The notes below the pieces were generated by a model, which saw nothing but the letters and a program-made list of their open reading frames with translations, had not been told where the DNA came from and made no database searches. From Laetmonice hystrix (Eukaryota), in the NCBI GenBank assembly GCA_965235115.1, contig OZ249436.1, positions 42,596,001 to 42,660,000 of the forward strand: 64,000 bases of DNA, in the 5' to 3' direction. Numbering within the stretch: the stretch's first letter is position 1; every line of letters starts with the position of its first letter. The position numbers and the translations under genes were made by a program. Shown piece by piece: positions 14,480 through 28,049 of the stretch.

Positions 14480-17400
14480 CTGCAGGCACACAACATCAAC
14501 AAAATGTCAATATTACATCAACGTCACCGGTCCGGGATGAATTCTATTTAAATACACGGATTTACTTTAATTTCGGGTCTGGCCATCTGCAGGGGGCCAC
14601 TCCAGTCAGCTTATACTCAGGATATGGAGGGCTCATTACTTAAAGACTGTGTACACTTTATGAGAATGACGACCGTCACTTGAATCCTGCCTGTCACCTC
14701 TGATGGACAGGAATACCTGACCAAGTGTTGAACAACTTGGGTAAGGAAACCCGAGTCTTTACATCCGGACGGCCAAGTGTTGGGTTGAGGACTGTCATCA
14801 ACACGACCTTGGCCTCCATCACTTAGCACGACCTTTAAACTCGCGGTAATCTTGTACCACCTTGGGTCAGGCTCCGTGACAACTCCCAATCTAAACTCCC
14901 AATGCCACACGGAAGACGTTGGTGTCAGTGGTAGACAATACACGATCTGAAGGGTAGATCGGCACCTTGTCTAACCTCAAACAATGCTACCTGCCAATGT
15001 CTCTATCATCCTTGTCTATGATAACCACCACCTTGACAAGATGACAACCTGGACGCAGGCATCTCTCTACACCGCCGTTTGTACATGGCTGGGGTCGGCA
15101 GATTCAGTCCTGATGACCTATGGTCACCGTCTGACGGCACACGCACTACTCAACCAAACTACCACCAGCAACTGTAACTATTTACTCGTCATGGAACACG
15201 AAGTCACTGCGCTGGGACGACCTCATGGACGACCACACCTTATCTGGGTGGCCTTCTCACCCACAGTGACCAGGCTCGGCTTCAAGATAACGCCAAGCGT
15301 CACTTCCAACACTTTACAACAGGTCAAACGTGACAGCAAGCAGAGTTTCCTTCCTTGGAGGGAAGGATAAAACAGCACAGTGGGTTCAGCATGGGTACAA
15401 GGGTTTGCTCAGTCCTTGAGAACCCTCTCCTAGGGGATTACGGGTTCTGCCAACTTCCTCTCTTTTTTTCTCTCTAATATTTCAATAAGCAGATCATCTC
15501 TGACTCATGCAGTTATGTATGTGTATATCTCGGCATGAGTTCCGGGGTTGTTTTCATCTTCCTGTCTGTGACTCACCCCATGACCCCCCACCCCCACCCC
15601 CACCCCACCCTCTCCCTTGCCCATGTTGCTCAAACCCATACATGGCTATCTGTAGAAAGATACAGATGCCTACGGGTATCTGTCTCCGGCCATATGTTTT
15701 CACCCCATGATGACATGGAGAACTTTGGAGGCAGGCGGAGCTCATTTACGGGTAGACACGGTAAATATGGCCACATGGTTTCATAATGCGGCACATAAGG
15801 GTCAATTTCAAGTTGGCTACTGCTACAGGAACACCTCCATTTCAATGATTTCTGGTCTACCACCTTAGGATCTCGAGTGGCAGTTGAACATTTAAATCTG
15901 ATTTACTCAAACCCGTCTTTTCATCTGAACAAGGAAAACCTACAATTTTGGAATTCTTTGAGAAAATTTTTTTACAGGCGTATGACCGTAGTACTGCACA
16001 TGCAATCTAAGTTTGATGATGATCAATCACATTTCAGTCTAATTGATTGGTTTCAATTCATTTCGAAATTCTGTCCACTACATCGACTTCTTCACCTACG
16101 CTATATTTCTTTTTGACAGAATACTAATGACATTGCACCTGTGGCAGAAAAATAACTCAACAGGCAAAACAATTTAAAAAAAAAACATGTTGATTTTAAT
16201 GTCAACCACGTCTGAGTGTAAATCAATTTCACACCATAAGAAGTCGTCTACGGTTTCCCCTTAAAGTGAGCACAATGTACATTCACCACTACAGCCTCCT
16301 CTTCTGTCACGCTTTGCCTTTCCTCACAGCCATTAATAACATCTCCCCAGGTATCCAAGTGAACGCCATCCCACCAGGATCACAGGTTGAAACCTGCTCG
16401 TGTTCGCCATGATACACTGACAGGCACCTTCTGCCCCAGCCACACAAACATCATCACACTTTTTACAAGAGTTAAAAAACCCTTCAATCGACAGAGGATA
16501 GGAGGCGGTGTGGTAACATGAAGCAAGCCGACATGTGCCCCGAGTTACACACCGGGGGTTCTGTGGGCTGTTAGGTCTGTCAACATTCAACCAGGTACAA
16601 TACTTCACCATACATTATGGTTCATACTCGGCTCAGTCTGTAATAGATACCATCTCATTCAAGAGGATCCCTTCCCCATGCCTTCCCTGCAGGCTTTAAA
16701 ACATTCCGGCGATAACCATACGGTAGGGTCCACAAGAATGTGCAGGTTCTCGACTCTATAGGTGAGAGGACTCAACTAGTGGAGGAGGACTTTCAATCAG
16801 AGCATCAATATCCACTTTATTAGTGAAGTTCATGTAGTAGGTCACACACCACGCTGGCGAGCGCCCACAGCGTTTCAAGTTTCAGCCCCAAACTGTTCCT
16901 ATACACCCTGTAAGCAGCTAATGAGAACCCCCAAACCTACTTCCATTCAACCCCTCTCCAATTTTAGACTGGCTTCACATTTTCAATTGGTCTGCGAGTT
17001 CTGCGATTGTTGCCAGCCCTCAATTGTCCCTTAAGTAAGGTCATTACCAGGGAGAAAATTGCAGCTTCATGGCTCAATGACGCTTTGCTGAAGGGGCACG
17101 CAAATTGGCCAGCTGCATTAAGCGAAAGAATAAGGTAATTTTTACTCTACAACAAAACCCTCCACCTTAAGTAGACTTTAAGAACCTTTAGTCAAATAAA
17201 GTGGGTCTGTACTGTGTAAATTTGGGTCCATTTAACTTAGCCTGAAATGCCCCAGACTGAATATCCCACCTTGCAGCCAAGTTTCAATTCAGCAATGTTA
17301 TTTGAGTAAATAAATCATTTTCTGTCGCTGCCCTTGGCTAATGCATTACTTTACGAAGTCTCTCAACCCAAACTGGTCAATTGATTCTCTTCTACTTCCT

Positions 17401-17634
17401 GAATAGTTTTAAATGGAAGACAAATCTTATTACACTGTCAGAATATTTTCTTTTCTTGAATACTCAACGTCGTTAATGCATTGTAAAAACCTCGGCAGAA
17501 ACCTCTCATACTTGGTCCCCCTAGTTAGTCAAGGCAATACTGTTTTTAAGCCACCTCCAGGGGCAGAGGGCAGCATAATAATAACTCAGGTGAGGGCATG
17601 CTGGGTCAAAGGTCGTGGACCCCACTCATCTTAC

Positions 17635-17727
17635 CTTGAGAGCGCAGAATATACACGAGTTTCCCATACAGGAGTGACCGGTGAGGAGACGGAAACTACG
17701 TCTGAAGACATCGAGGTGCCACAGGAC
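17635..17727 (-). CDS. USP54: USP53/54-like coding exon (93 bp)
   Basis: tag|GTC...AAG|gtaag, phase 0/0. Encodes [31 protein letters not shown], very close to the USP54 segment that follows the Cys box. Confidence 0.97.
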
Positions 17728-20700
17728 CTACAACACATCAACACATGGGGTCAGTCTCAAATTGTTCACATCATCAGGCCGACTCTACAGCAGAGGTCAC
17801 GGTTAACTGTTATCATCGGGTGTCCGGGTAAATTCTGTGGAAAATCTCAACAGACGAAGGCCAGAAATAACAGGTGGGGACATATGGTGGCATACATGCA
17901 TCATCAACTGCTGGCCTTGAGGAGAATTTCAATTAAAAGGTCTCATCAAGTTCAACATCTCCACCACATGAATGGTATCCTAGGCACCGATACAGCTGTG
18001 ATCAAAGGACCGAGAGCGGCCTAACATCATCAACCTTGTTAAAGCCTCATCATCGACGCCCGGGCTCAGACCCACAAACAAATAGCCGTTCTGCCTGTTG
18101 AGCAGCAAGCCCGACAGAGGAGGTCCGGCTGATATTTCCATCAGCCGGCCCTCCTGGGTATACCTCAGCTAGAATAGGCTACCAACAATCTGAAAAGGTC
18201 AATGAGAGATGTTTAGCAATAACCTTCAACAGATGAGAGATCAGAGAAAGGATCACAAACGACCTCAATGTACCGGGTAATTTACCGTTCACTCCAAATA
18301 TTTCACGGGGGGGGGGGGGGGTCAGTCTTTGATGAGATGAGAGCTTCCAACTTCTTACCAGTATACACCCACGTGTATCGGAATCTCTTGAAAGCTTACA
18401 TCTCATACCGTTAATATAATTTGAGCACCTTAATGATCCTGCCATATATTATTGATAGCTACCTGTATAAGCTATTTTTCTATTCTTTTCAGCCAGAGAC
18501 ATCCAGATTTCAACAAGCCATCTCTGAGCGCACCGAACACAAAGCCAGTGCAGGTCCTGAGCCTGCCGACCACACCACCACCTGGTGGAGGAAGTCCTGA
18601 TGTAGCTAGTGAATCTGTTGATCCCATGTTTATACCGTTTTCACGAGCTCCACCACTACATACGAGACCCACTCTTGACACGACTCCCCATCTGGTGCAC
18701 CGTGTCAAGGATCAAATATCTGGTCTGGGTAAACTGCTGTGAGGACGGACTCGCCTGGGATTGTTACTGTCCCAAACAATCTGATACAACAGGCTCACAC
18801 TGGTGGAGAACCGGCATGAAATCTTGCTCTCCACACAGGTGGCGTTCCTGCACTTATACTCAGTATCAAACCTTTGCTTCATGTCCTTAAAATATCCACC
18901 GCAAATCCGCAACGAGGGAACCAAGATTTGCTCTCACGGAATTGTGTTGATTTATAGGTTTCTATCAAAATCTTGAGGTAGCCTGAGGAATTGCCGTATG
19001 TTTATATCTCCTGTACCTAAACCGTGGTACAGTGCTCAGTTCTGCTTGCCTGGAGAGATAAGCTCCGATATCAGCCATCTTATCTACCCTCTTGGGCTTA
19101 CAGCAGCGGATTTGGGGCAGGGATTACGTGAGATCATCTACCATACAGTATCAGTATTCACGCAAGGATTAAGGGGTGTAAGACGCGACATATTTACGGC
19201 CCAAGATAAAATTCCACAGCATACTGCTAACATTCGACACGGCATGACAATCTATTACTTGACGTAACCTATAACCATAGAATCTGCAGGATAGAACGTG
19301 AGATCAAGGATACTCGGAACAAAATCTATTGTTGACCTGATGATCACTCCTTTTCCATTTTCTCCTTTTGTTAACAAACGTCCGTTACGTATTCCTTTAT
19401 ATTTCCAAATGTTACATCTATTCAGAGACAGACAGAGAGAGCCAGGGAGAGAGAGACGCAAACCGCACAATTTGCTTGTATACTACGCAGAAATGTTATC
19501 TCGAGTCAATGCCATTTTCTCACTCGAAGTCATTAAGCCTGAATCATTGGATTAATGAAAGGTGAGGCCAAAAGGGACACTTTGAGTAATTTAACCCTGT
19601 CAATGGAGCGGGGCATCTGTCTTTGATCAAGTGGACGGGACAGGCTCTGCCGCCTATCAGCACGCCAGCCAAGATAAGCCAGACCAAGGCGGCGGCACCA
19701 CATCGAGTTTAGAGGTTCGGGGCAGCGCCCATGTCAGGGAAGATCGCCAACCTTAATATTGACCCCTTTTCTCTTGACAACATGAGTCAGTGAAATTGTG
19801 TTGCCTCGAGCCAGTGAATGGAGGGGAGGTTGAGGTGATGCTCTGTCATCACACCGCAGTGATAACACCAGTCTGGTTTCATCAACCTCAGAGGATCAGT
19901 ACTTCTCACCTTATCGGGCACTGACATCTGGGGCAAGCTCAGCGGGATCTCTACCTGTCACCTCTTGATGTGCCTGACCCAAACCCAAAACACACCTGCC
20001 AGGAGGAAGTCAGAATTCCTGCAGCTTGAATCGTGTGATGATACACCCAACCCACATTTCAAACCCTCGACTGGCGTGTGCACACCCTGGTGGCGGTTCA
20101 CTGACGCCCCATCTAGATAAAACCCACATCTGACTGGAATTCTCAAAGTGTAACTGACTCCTGCCACGACTCCCCTAGTCTATAAAGGACAATGCCCTCA
20201 TAGTAAGCCCTCATCGCCTCTACGAGGTGCTCTTTGCTTTGGTTAATGGTATGAATTAACAGTTCTCCGATTGGATCTTAAGTAGAATGCTTGCCGAAAT
20301 AACATTTACCTAAACAAAGAAACATGCCCTGGTAGCCAACGAACCTAATCATGAGTACTGTTACACTGAACCGTATCTGGCATCTAGAGTTTCAATTAGA
20401 CCTGCTCTGGTACTTAAGGAGATTTTAAACACTGTTTGATTCATCCAAGCTCAAAATGAGAGCTATATTTAATCAGCCCCCAACTGCTAAATATACACCT
20501 GTGCGATATTGATACGGCAAAGCCCTATGTCAAACTAAGAAGATTACTGTAGGAAGGTTCAGAGAATATATTCCCTTGTGATTCATGACGATTGAGCAGG
20601 TTTCTTAACGAGACTGGTTGTTTTTGAATGATTGAATTCTTGAACTGAGAATCGGTAATAAACATGGAAAAAAGGATGTCCGAAAACGACAAGTCTAATG

Positions 20701-22050
20701 TGACTTAACAGTAACAAAATGCCCCCGCCCCTCCTATAAAATGTGCACCTTTCTCAGAAGCCATTCCCATGGTGCAGTAACAGATGACGAGGACCTTCAG
20801 AGAGTCCCACCCCGCGACCCCACCTGGAACTAAACGCCAACAACATCTGGGCCCACCCCGTTATTTATGGACACCACTACACGTGGAGGAAAAAAGTCAA
20901 CGCCAGCCACATTTTCAGATGGTACTGTTTAGGTTTTTTGGTAAAAAAGGAAAGAGAATAAAATAAACAAATCACCACTTGCCAAATCGGCACCAAATCA
21001 GCGATCCAGGCATTCTGTCTGTCCATTCTCCTGTAAGCTCCAAAAGTAATGGCCCTATTTATCTGTTTAGAGTTTGTTCTGATGAGAAGTCTTCTTATCC
21101 CTCCGTCATCCTCCCGATAATGAACGGACCTCCACATTTAGACCCTCCCAAGGGTTCCCTCCCTTGAATGGCTCGAGAAGGAGGTATTATCCCAATGCAG
21201 AATCAAGATCTTTCATCTCTAATTCCCGATTATCCCGTCTTAGTGGGCATCCCATGTGTCCGACTAGTTTCGTGTGAAAGGACAGTGGACAGTGGTCGCT
21301 CCTTGAGGTCCGTTTGGTTTGCCGAGGGTGACCCCTACAAAGGGGCAAGGTCAGCGGTGAGAGTCACACAGTCTTGGTAAAATCCTGAACGGGAGGCGTT
21401 CATCTTTACAAGCGGTCACGTCTCATGGCAACCTGCCGCTGGGTTATCACTAACTACCTGTCCATTATCGCTAAACGTTTAGCCCGTATCTTTTACATAT
21501 CAAACACAACAAGGACCCCTTCAACTTCAAACATGTGGAAACCGCTCCCGAGGATAAATCAAGTCTTCTGTCTGATCGCTCACAAGATGGCAAACAGCAT
21601 TGTTGGATGTCGTTTTTAATCCCAGAGCTTACCGGAAAAACTCGTCACTAAAGGCCGTACTTTTTGAATAATGTCCTTAAGGCCAGGTAACGTTGCCTGA
21701 AACCTTTTTTTTAGAAAACGTCTGGTGAAATTGGCGTAACAACTTCTCCCTTTTTTTCTCACGTCTCTATGTGATCACGGCATCCTTTCAGCAGTGTGGC
21801 GTGTCGTCGGGAGGCGTCAGATCCCAGTGTCGGTGTGTCGGTGGGGCTCGTCACCTGTCATGAGACACGGGATCCGGGACCACCGTTCCCGGTCAAGTTT
21901 CTTGGCCGCTGTCATACAGTACTGACAGCTCGGGCGGGGGGACACTTACCCCAGATTTATCGCTTCTTCAGTTAGCAAGGCCAGCAGCACGCTTCACAAT
22001 TGCACGCAGTCGGAAAGTGACAGAGTGTGAGCGTGTTTTGGATCGGTTGT

Positions 22051-22128
22051 CAGGCTGAGGACCGACAACCCCTGGTGTCCTCCAACCCAGGCTGAGGACC
22101 GACAACCCCTGGTGTCCTCCAACCCAGG
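22051..22128. repeat. Perfect 37-bp tandem duplication
   Basis: CAGGCTGAGGACCGACAACCCCTGGTGTCCTCCAACC at 22051 and 22088. Confidence 0.95.
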
Positions 22129-25100
22129 GGGTCATCCCACACTGGCTCCCTCCCTACTGAGCCCGACCCCGTTTTGGCTGTTTGGCTCTCCATCTCATGG
22201 CATCCAGTAGCAACGACCAAATGGGATCATCATATGGGGCGCTACTGTAACAGGCGCAGCCTCTGCAGGAGGTCTTCCTTCATAAAGACCTCTCTGACCC
22301 CATGTTACCTGGTCTGGGCTATCACCTGACTGGGCAGGGAGTGAAAACTGTGGGCCGTTACATCTCCCCCAGCTAACTCTACCTGTGATTACACCCCCTG
22401 TAGTGGGACGGACGGGATCCAAAGGGTGCACTAACTTACCCCTGGGTTACCCATCTTGTCCCGTCAACGTGTACCCTTGTCAGCCACTGGATCCCCTTGG
22501 TTGGGACACAGGATCCGATTCGAGTCCTGGGGGCATGCTAGTTGTGTAACCGGATCGGCTGTAGGATTATCACTCAATTCTAATTGCTCAGCCTCCTTGC
22601 TCGCCATGGGTCATTGCCAGCTGTGAACCTTTCAAGATATTTCGTCAGGTTACAATCGTCATGGTGCCTCAATGTACCCTGCGACATTTTACAGACATTG
22701 ACGATCTGTACCCATTTTACCCGAACAAAATCATTAAATACGCTTAAAACAGGTGTTTAAAAATGTAAATAGACTTTAAATACACGTCCGTACCTGTCCA
22801 CGGTATGTTACATGAATTATTGATCACCTCCACAGCTTCCCTTCCAACGTTCAGCTCACAACACGCAATGGTACCCACATATTGAACTCGACGACTTTAA
22901 GGTAAATACCTCTCATTTAGACTCTCGACAGTTACAACATCTAGTGTGGGCAGGAAATAGACAAAACATCGAGGAGATATACATCATTTCTTTCCTCAAA
23001 ATAACAGGAAAGTGCCTTTGCTATACTCCAACCCGACCCACTAAAAGACTTTCTCAGTTGTCTCGTCTCTATGTTGTTTTGTTAGCTTTTGTACACCATC
23101 CAAACAGAAGTTGACACTACAAAAAGGTATGGCTGTGGTCCATTATAATGTAGCCAGTGCCAGGCCATCTCACCTTTCGGCAACACTTCCCTCTACTTGG
23201 CAAGGCACTCAGAAGGCCATTAGTCTATCTACGGGGGCATTGTGCAGGTGTGTGTGGACTTCTCGGACGACGGTGCAGGTGCATGGGGTATCAGACTGGG
23301 CCAACCCCTGGATGACCCCACCCACCCCTATCATTGACCCTAGCACGGGGTCTGGAGTTACATCTGGGACCTGCCTGAGGCCCCGGCCCCACCCCTTTCC
23401 TTGTTCTGACCCACATCGACCCCTTCATGGCCCTTTGTGGGGTTTTCAATGGCACCAATAGGTTTTGTGACCGCAAATGTATTGCTAGTGTTACAGTAAT
23501 AAAGCAGTGTATTGTACTGAAATATAATCTGATTAATGCCTTGATATTCAATGAAATAACTATAGGTATGTGTTTTCAATAGGTTAGTACAGGCTTCACA
23601 CCTTCAGCTTTGTTTAATGGGAAAATCATCATCTATATACTTATTTTGTCGATAATCCGTCTGGTTAATAGCACAATCTTTGTGAAGTTTTGATCTTTAT
23701 CGGGTATTAGCTAACATACCGGCTTAACCTACATATTGATCACCCATTCCACTGAGCTTTGGCTCCGCTTCAATCTGTGGATTATTCCTCCAAAAGCCGG
23801 CCTGATCCTACATACCAAACCAACGCCTGTTAATCCGATGGCTTGGCTTTCCTCTCATGCATCGATGAGCTCTCGTATAGAGATTAGCATCTTATAGAGA
23901 GTACCAGTATTTTCACTACTATTCTACCTTTACCAATTCGGGATTTTTTTCATATTACTGTACCTTAATTTCTCCACGCACAAAAAAAAACCATAATTTG
24001 TCATGTGTTACCACTATTTGCCATTGTTTTTACGAGGTGCACTGGATACTTTTACATCTCAGTAATACAGACAGCTTTTTAAGACGACCAATAATTTATT
24101 GATTTACAATTAACCAAGGTGTAACCATGACAATGATGGATCAGTTCAAATCTATGAACACCTGGCAGACAGGTGGTATCAATATGACAAAGGCCTTGTA
24201 ATTATCGTCCATTGTTCTGTGGTCAACATCAAATTGCATCAACACTCATGCATTAATCTCAAATTCTTTGCCCCAAGTCAAATGCGCTCAGACTCAACCA
24301 AAAATACGTCAACCTGCCCTTACGCCGTTATCTTGGAACACACCTGGGTACATGGTCGTAATATTTCATCACTTATATATTAACGCCAGAAATAAATGAA
24401 TTCCCAGTCTCTTAAATCATAAGGGCCCAACACCTGGATTTATCATCATTTTGAAATCACCAAAATGTCGCCGACCTCTATCGCACCCCCAAAATATGGG
24501 CTGGCCTGACCTGAGCACCCCCACAGCATGAGTCAGCTGGCTACATCACTCACATCACCCCAGTACACAGTGAAGGTTAGCGTCATCATACACAGCATGT
24601 AGCTACATGTACATGTAATCTACATTAACTCTCAACTTTTACCACTGCAGACCCAACATCCAACTAGACACGTTGTGGCGATACCACAATTGATCCCATC
24701 CCCGGGGAGTCACGTGATAGGCCTATATGACATGTTCTGAGTAGGGTAAACTATGGCTCGATCTTGCACAGTTAATGACCTATAAGCTTTAGAAGATGCC
24801 AATGACGTAATTATGAGGTGACACGTCATACTGCGTAATGAATCTTGGTCTCAAATGAAAGAGCATGTAGGCTATATGACTTCCTATTACTGTTTAGGCT
24901 AATAGTAACTATAGCTCTAACTTCTACCATTTACAAGTTATAGCCCTGAGAAAAATGCCTATGACACCTTATGATGCCAGTCAAGTCACGTAAAAAAATG
25001 TCAAGTGAAAGATCATATATGACTTCCTATTAGGGTTAAATGGTAACCATTGCTCTATCTTGAATGGTTTAGGATTTAGAAACCTTCGAAGATGTCAATG

Positions 25101-25366
25101 GCATCATTATGACATAATAATGATAGGGGCCTTACATTACATCATAAATCTTGGTGTCAATTGAAAGAGCATACAATGTATATGACTTCCTATTCCTGTT
25201 CAATAGTAACCATGGTTCCATCTCGCACCGTTTACAAGTTATAGGCTGAAGAAATAATGATAACATCATAACGTCATGCTCCTCCCGCAGGCATGCACAG
25301 ATCCAGCACTGCACAAAAGGAGGGGCACCAGAGGTGCGAGGCGAACATGTGGGCGGGGACTTGAAT

Positions 25367-25399
25367 CAGAGAACCTCGATATGGTATCGAGGTTCTTTG
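25367..25399. mobile_element. 33-bp palindromic micro-MITE
   Basis: CAGAGAACCTCGATA-TGG-TATCGAGGTTCTTTG flanked by CTTGAAT / CTGGAAT. Absent from copy B (GACTTGAATTTAGAA, ~28271). Confidence 0.7.
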
Positions 25400-26856
25400 C
25401 TGGAATTTAGAAGGTCAAAAAATGCTATTTCTGGAGATAGATGTAAAGTTTCTCAAAGTATTTAAGGCGCGTGTCGGTAGACCCCATTCTCCGCCAGAAC
25501 ATAGATTCTTTTTCCCTTCAACACGGAACGAACAGGTGCAAAGCATTCCGGCTATTTTCAACTGGTTGAGTGACGAATCCACAAAATATAATGCCCTAAA
25601 ATGGCCCTAAAAGGCGGAAAATCGCTTCTAAGAGCTTTTAATTTTTAAAGATTTCCCCAGACCCCTCTGCTGAAAATCCTGGACCCGTGGCTAGCCTAAC
25701 AATAATTTTTTGTCAATTCTTAAAAAAGAAAGAGTGGGGGTATAGAGGGATGTGCCCACGCCGGGCGGCGCCACCCGGCACCGATTTTAGCCGCCTGGCA
25801 CAAAACTAAAATGGTTTAAGTGCTGCCCGGCAGGAATTTTTATCAGGCCTATCATCTGAAAAAAATATCTCCCCATCTGCACCCCTTGCCAACTGAAAAC
25901 CTTGCGCCTTCGCTGCTAGCGCAAAACTACCGCCCGGCATTCATTTTTTTCTGGGCGCATCTGCCCATGGCAAGTTGACATGTGCACTGACAAGTGCTTT
26001 CCTATATATTTTAGTATTATACAAAAATGATAGCATCATAACATAACAGTTCAATGTGTCTAATTACAGTGCTAATTTTCTCTTCACCCTTGTTAACATT
26101 TCTTTTTGGTAGTAGAGTCGTCGCTTGAGTTTTGAAGTTTTTATTCCTGAGGCACACGGTTGTCCCGCTTCGACCAATATGTCACTAGGCAGTCAGTGTC
26201 TATATGTTCCTCATAGTCAAATCTATATCTCTGTCCTTTCTCTGCTCCTTCTCCCCTAGTCTCTCTCTCTCTCTCTCTTGGTGCTCTTATATATCCCCTC
26301 GTTCACGTTTTTGCCCCAGTCCTAGTTTAAAGGATGGCCACTGGTCATTGGCCGGTGGCCCACGTCCAATTAACTGACCGCCCCCTGACCGGCTCCTTTG
26401 ATTGAGAGCTGCCGCCCGATAGCTGGCATGTTATATGACTGAGAAGGTACATCTTCCATAAACAGTCCTTAAGTATTTCTCACAGAGCGTTCCCCTTCTC
26501 CCTTCCGCAGACCCGCTCAAGTGATGGCTGCAATCTATTGTGTGTGCCGCTCGCCAGGACGACTGCATACCTGTCTACTGTGCACACCGTTCGTTCACTT
26601 CTATCTCTCGCCATTTAGCCAACACGTAGTCATACATCATGAAACTTTACCAATAGGTGCGAATGTCATCCACACCAGACTGTTGGCTCAGGCTAAACCA
26701 AGTGCAGCTGACCAAAAGCTTGTCGTGTCACTTGAACTCCACAACCAACAATCAGTAGTATTGTTTTATTCAGCTCTCCTACATAAGATTCAAAAACAAA
26801 TGCATTAGGCAGTTACACCTACAGTTCAAAGGCCCAGCTAAGTCAGTTCTGAATAC

Positions 26857-27074
26857 AGGTATAGGCCTATCGCCCATGATAACTTAAACTCCACGAAATT
26901 TGGTGGAAAGGAAAGATCCATGGCCCTGACCTTATCCCTAACCCCTAACCCCTAACCCCTAACCCCAGTTCCTACACCTCCCCAAAACATATCCCTACCC
27001 TACCCCTATCCCTGACATTAACCCTAACCCCTGCCCAAACATTTCGTGGAAAGTTATCATGGGAGATAGAACCT
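26857..27074. mobile_element. ~220-bp MITE with a (CCCTAA)n core, in copy A
   Basis: Imperfect TIRs (AGGT..TATCGCCCATGATAACTT...TCCACGAAAT / ATTTCGTGGAAAGTTATCATGGGAGATAGAACCT) flanked by duplicated GAATAC (TSD 4-8 bp depending on boundary). Empty site in copy B at ~29192. Confidence 0.85.
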
Positions 27075-28049
27075 GAATACACAATCATATTCCTCCCTCA
27101 CTGGGAGGGAGGGGGGAGTAGGCCGGCCGGCGGGCCGGCGGCCGGCCCTTATCACCAGCACTTACGTAACTCTCTCCCGGCCTGGCCAGGGACCGGCGGC
27201 CGCATCACAGTGGGAGATCTGTGTATTCAGAGATGTCAACTGTCAGACGGCAAAAATATTATTGTGAAGACTATACCCATTAAAACTTACAATTCTGGCC
27301 ATATTACCTTTCCAAAACGAGAACTAAACAGCCAGTGGTATACCTGAATCTATACACTTTGTAATTGTTGTATTTGTATATGGCTATCTTAAACAGGTTT
27401 AAGGTAGAGCCTGTCAACGTCAGATTACATTATTTCATCATAAATAAAAAAGATATTGGTAAATTTATGAAAAGAAATATGCAAAGTGACCAATCGTCAA
27501 TAGCAGCACATACCTATTGACCAAATACACGATTCCTATATGACTAAAGCAGTTTTAGAAAAAAATGTCAAAAGTGACAAACTTCAAAGTCACGTGGTTC
27601 GGTGAAAATAGGTCAAATCGCTAATCCTTGGAATCGTATTGTGAACCTTTCGTTAGAGAGTGTTTCTGCCGAATATTGTCGAATTTTACCAAAAAATAGA
27701 AAAGGAGAAGCAATTTAACCGATTTGTGACCAATGACCCAGTTCACCCTAAGGGCAAAGGTCAAAGGTCAAATCAAGACTCAAATTGAGGCAGCACCTAT
27801 GGCCGATTATGAGGCCATGACGGGTTTTTAAAAAAATTCCCAATATGAGCTTAAAAATGGCTTCAATTTTCATAATACGTTTGACGTCATCACGTTATGA
27901 CGTGACGTCACATGACGTCAGGATTCGATGCCTGACCATACTTCGTCATTGTCAAGATGTGTGCCAAATTTCATTTCGATATTTTGAAAATTGACTAAGA
28001 TAGACATACAAGTTTACTACTACTACTACTACAACTACGACGCCAAAAA

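Larger units (their letters stand above)
24664..28049 (-). mobile_element. HINE-like copy A body (outermost; its head is 33990-34051)
   Basis: Begins CTAGACACGTTGTGGCGATACCACAA on + and ends (TAC)n-AACTACGACGCCAAAAA. Has four degenerate ~150-bp subrepeats starting TATATGAC at about 24724-25260. Confidence 0.88.

Noticed and set aside
17413..18024. 203-aa plus-strand ORF
   Set aside because: Antisense to the real 17635-17727 exon, with no recognisable domain.
26936..26965. (CCCTAA)n as a telomere or fusion site
   Set aside because: Only a few units, embedded in a TIR/TSD-bounded MITE that is present twice.
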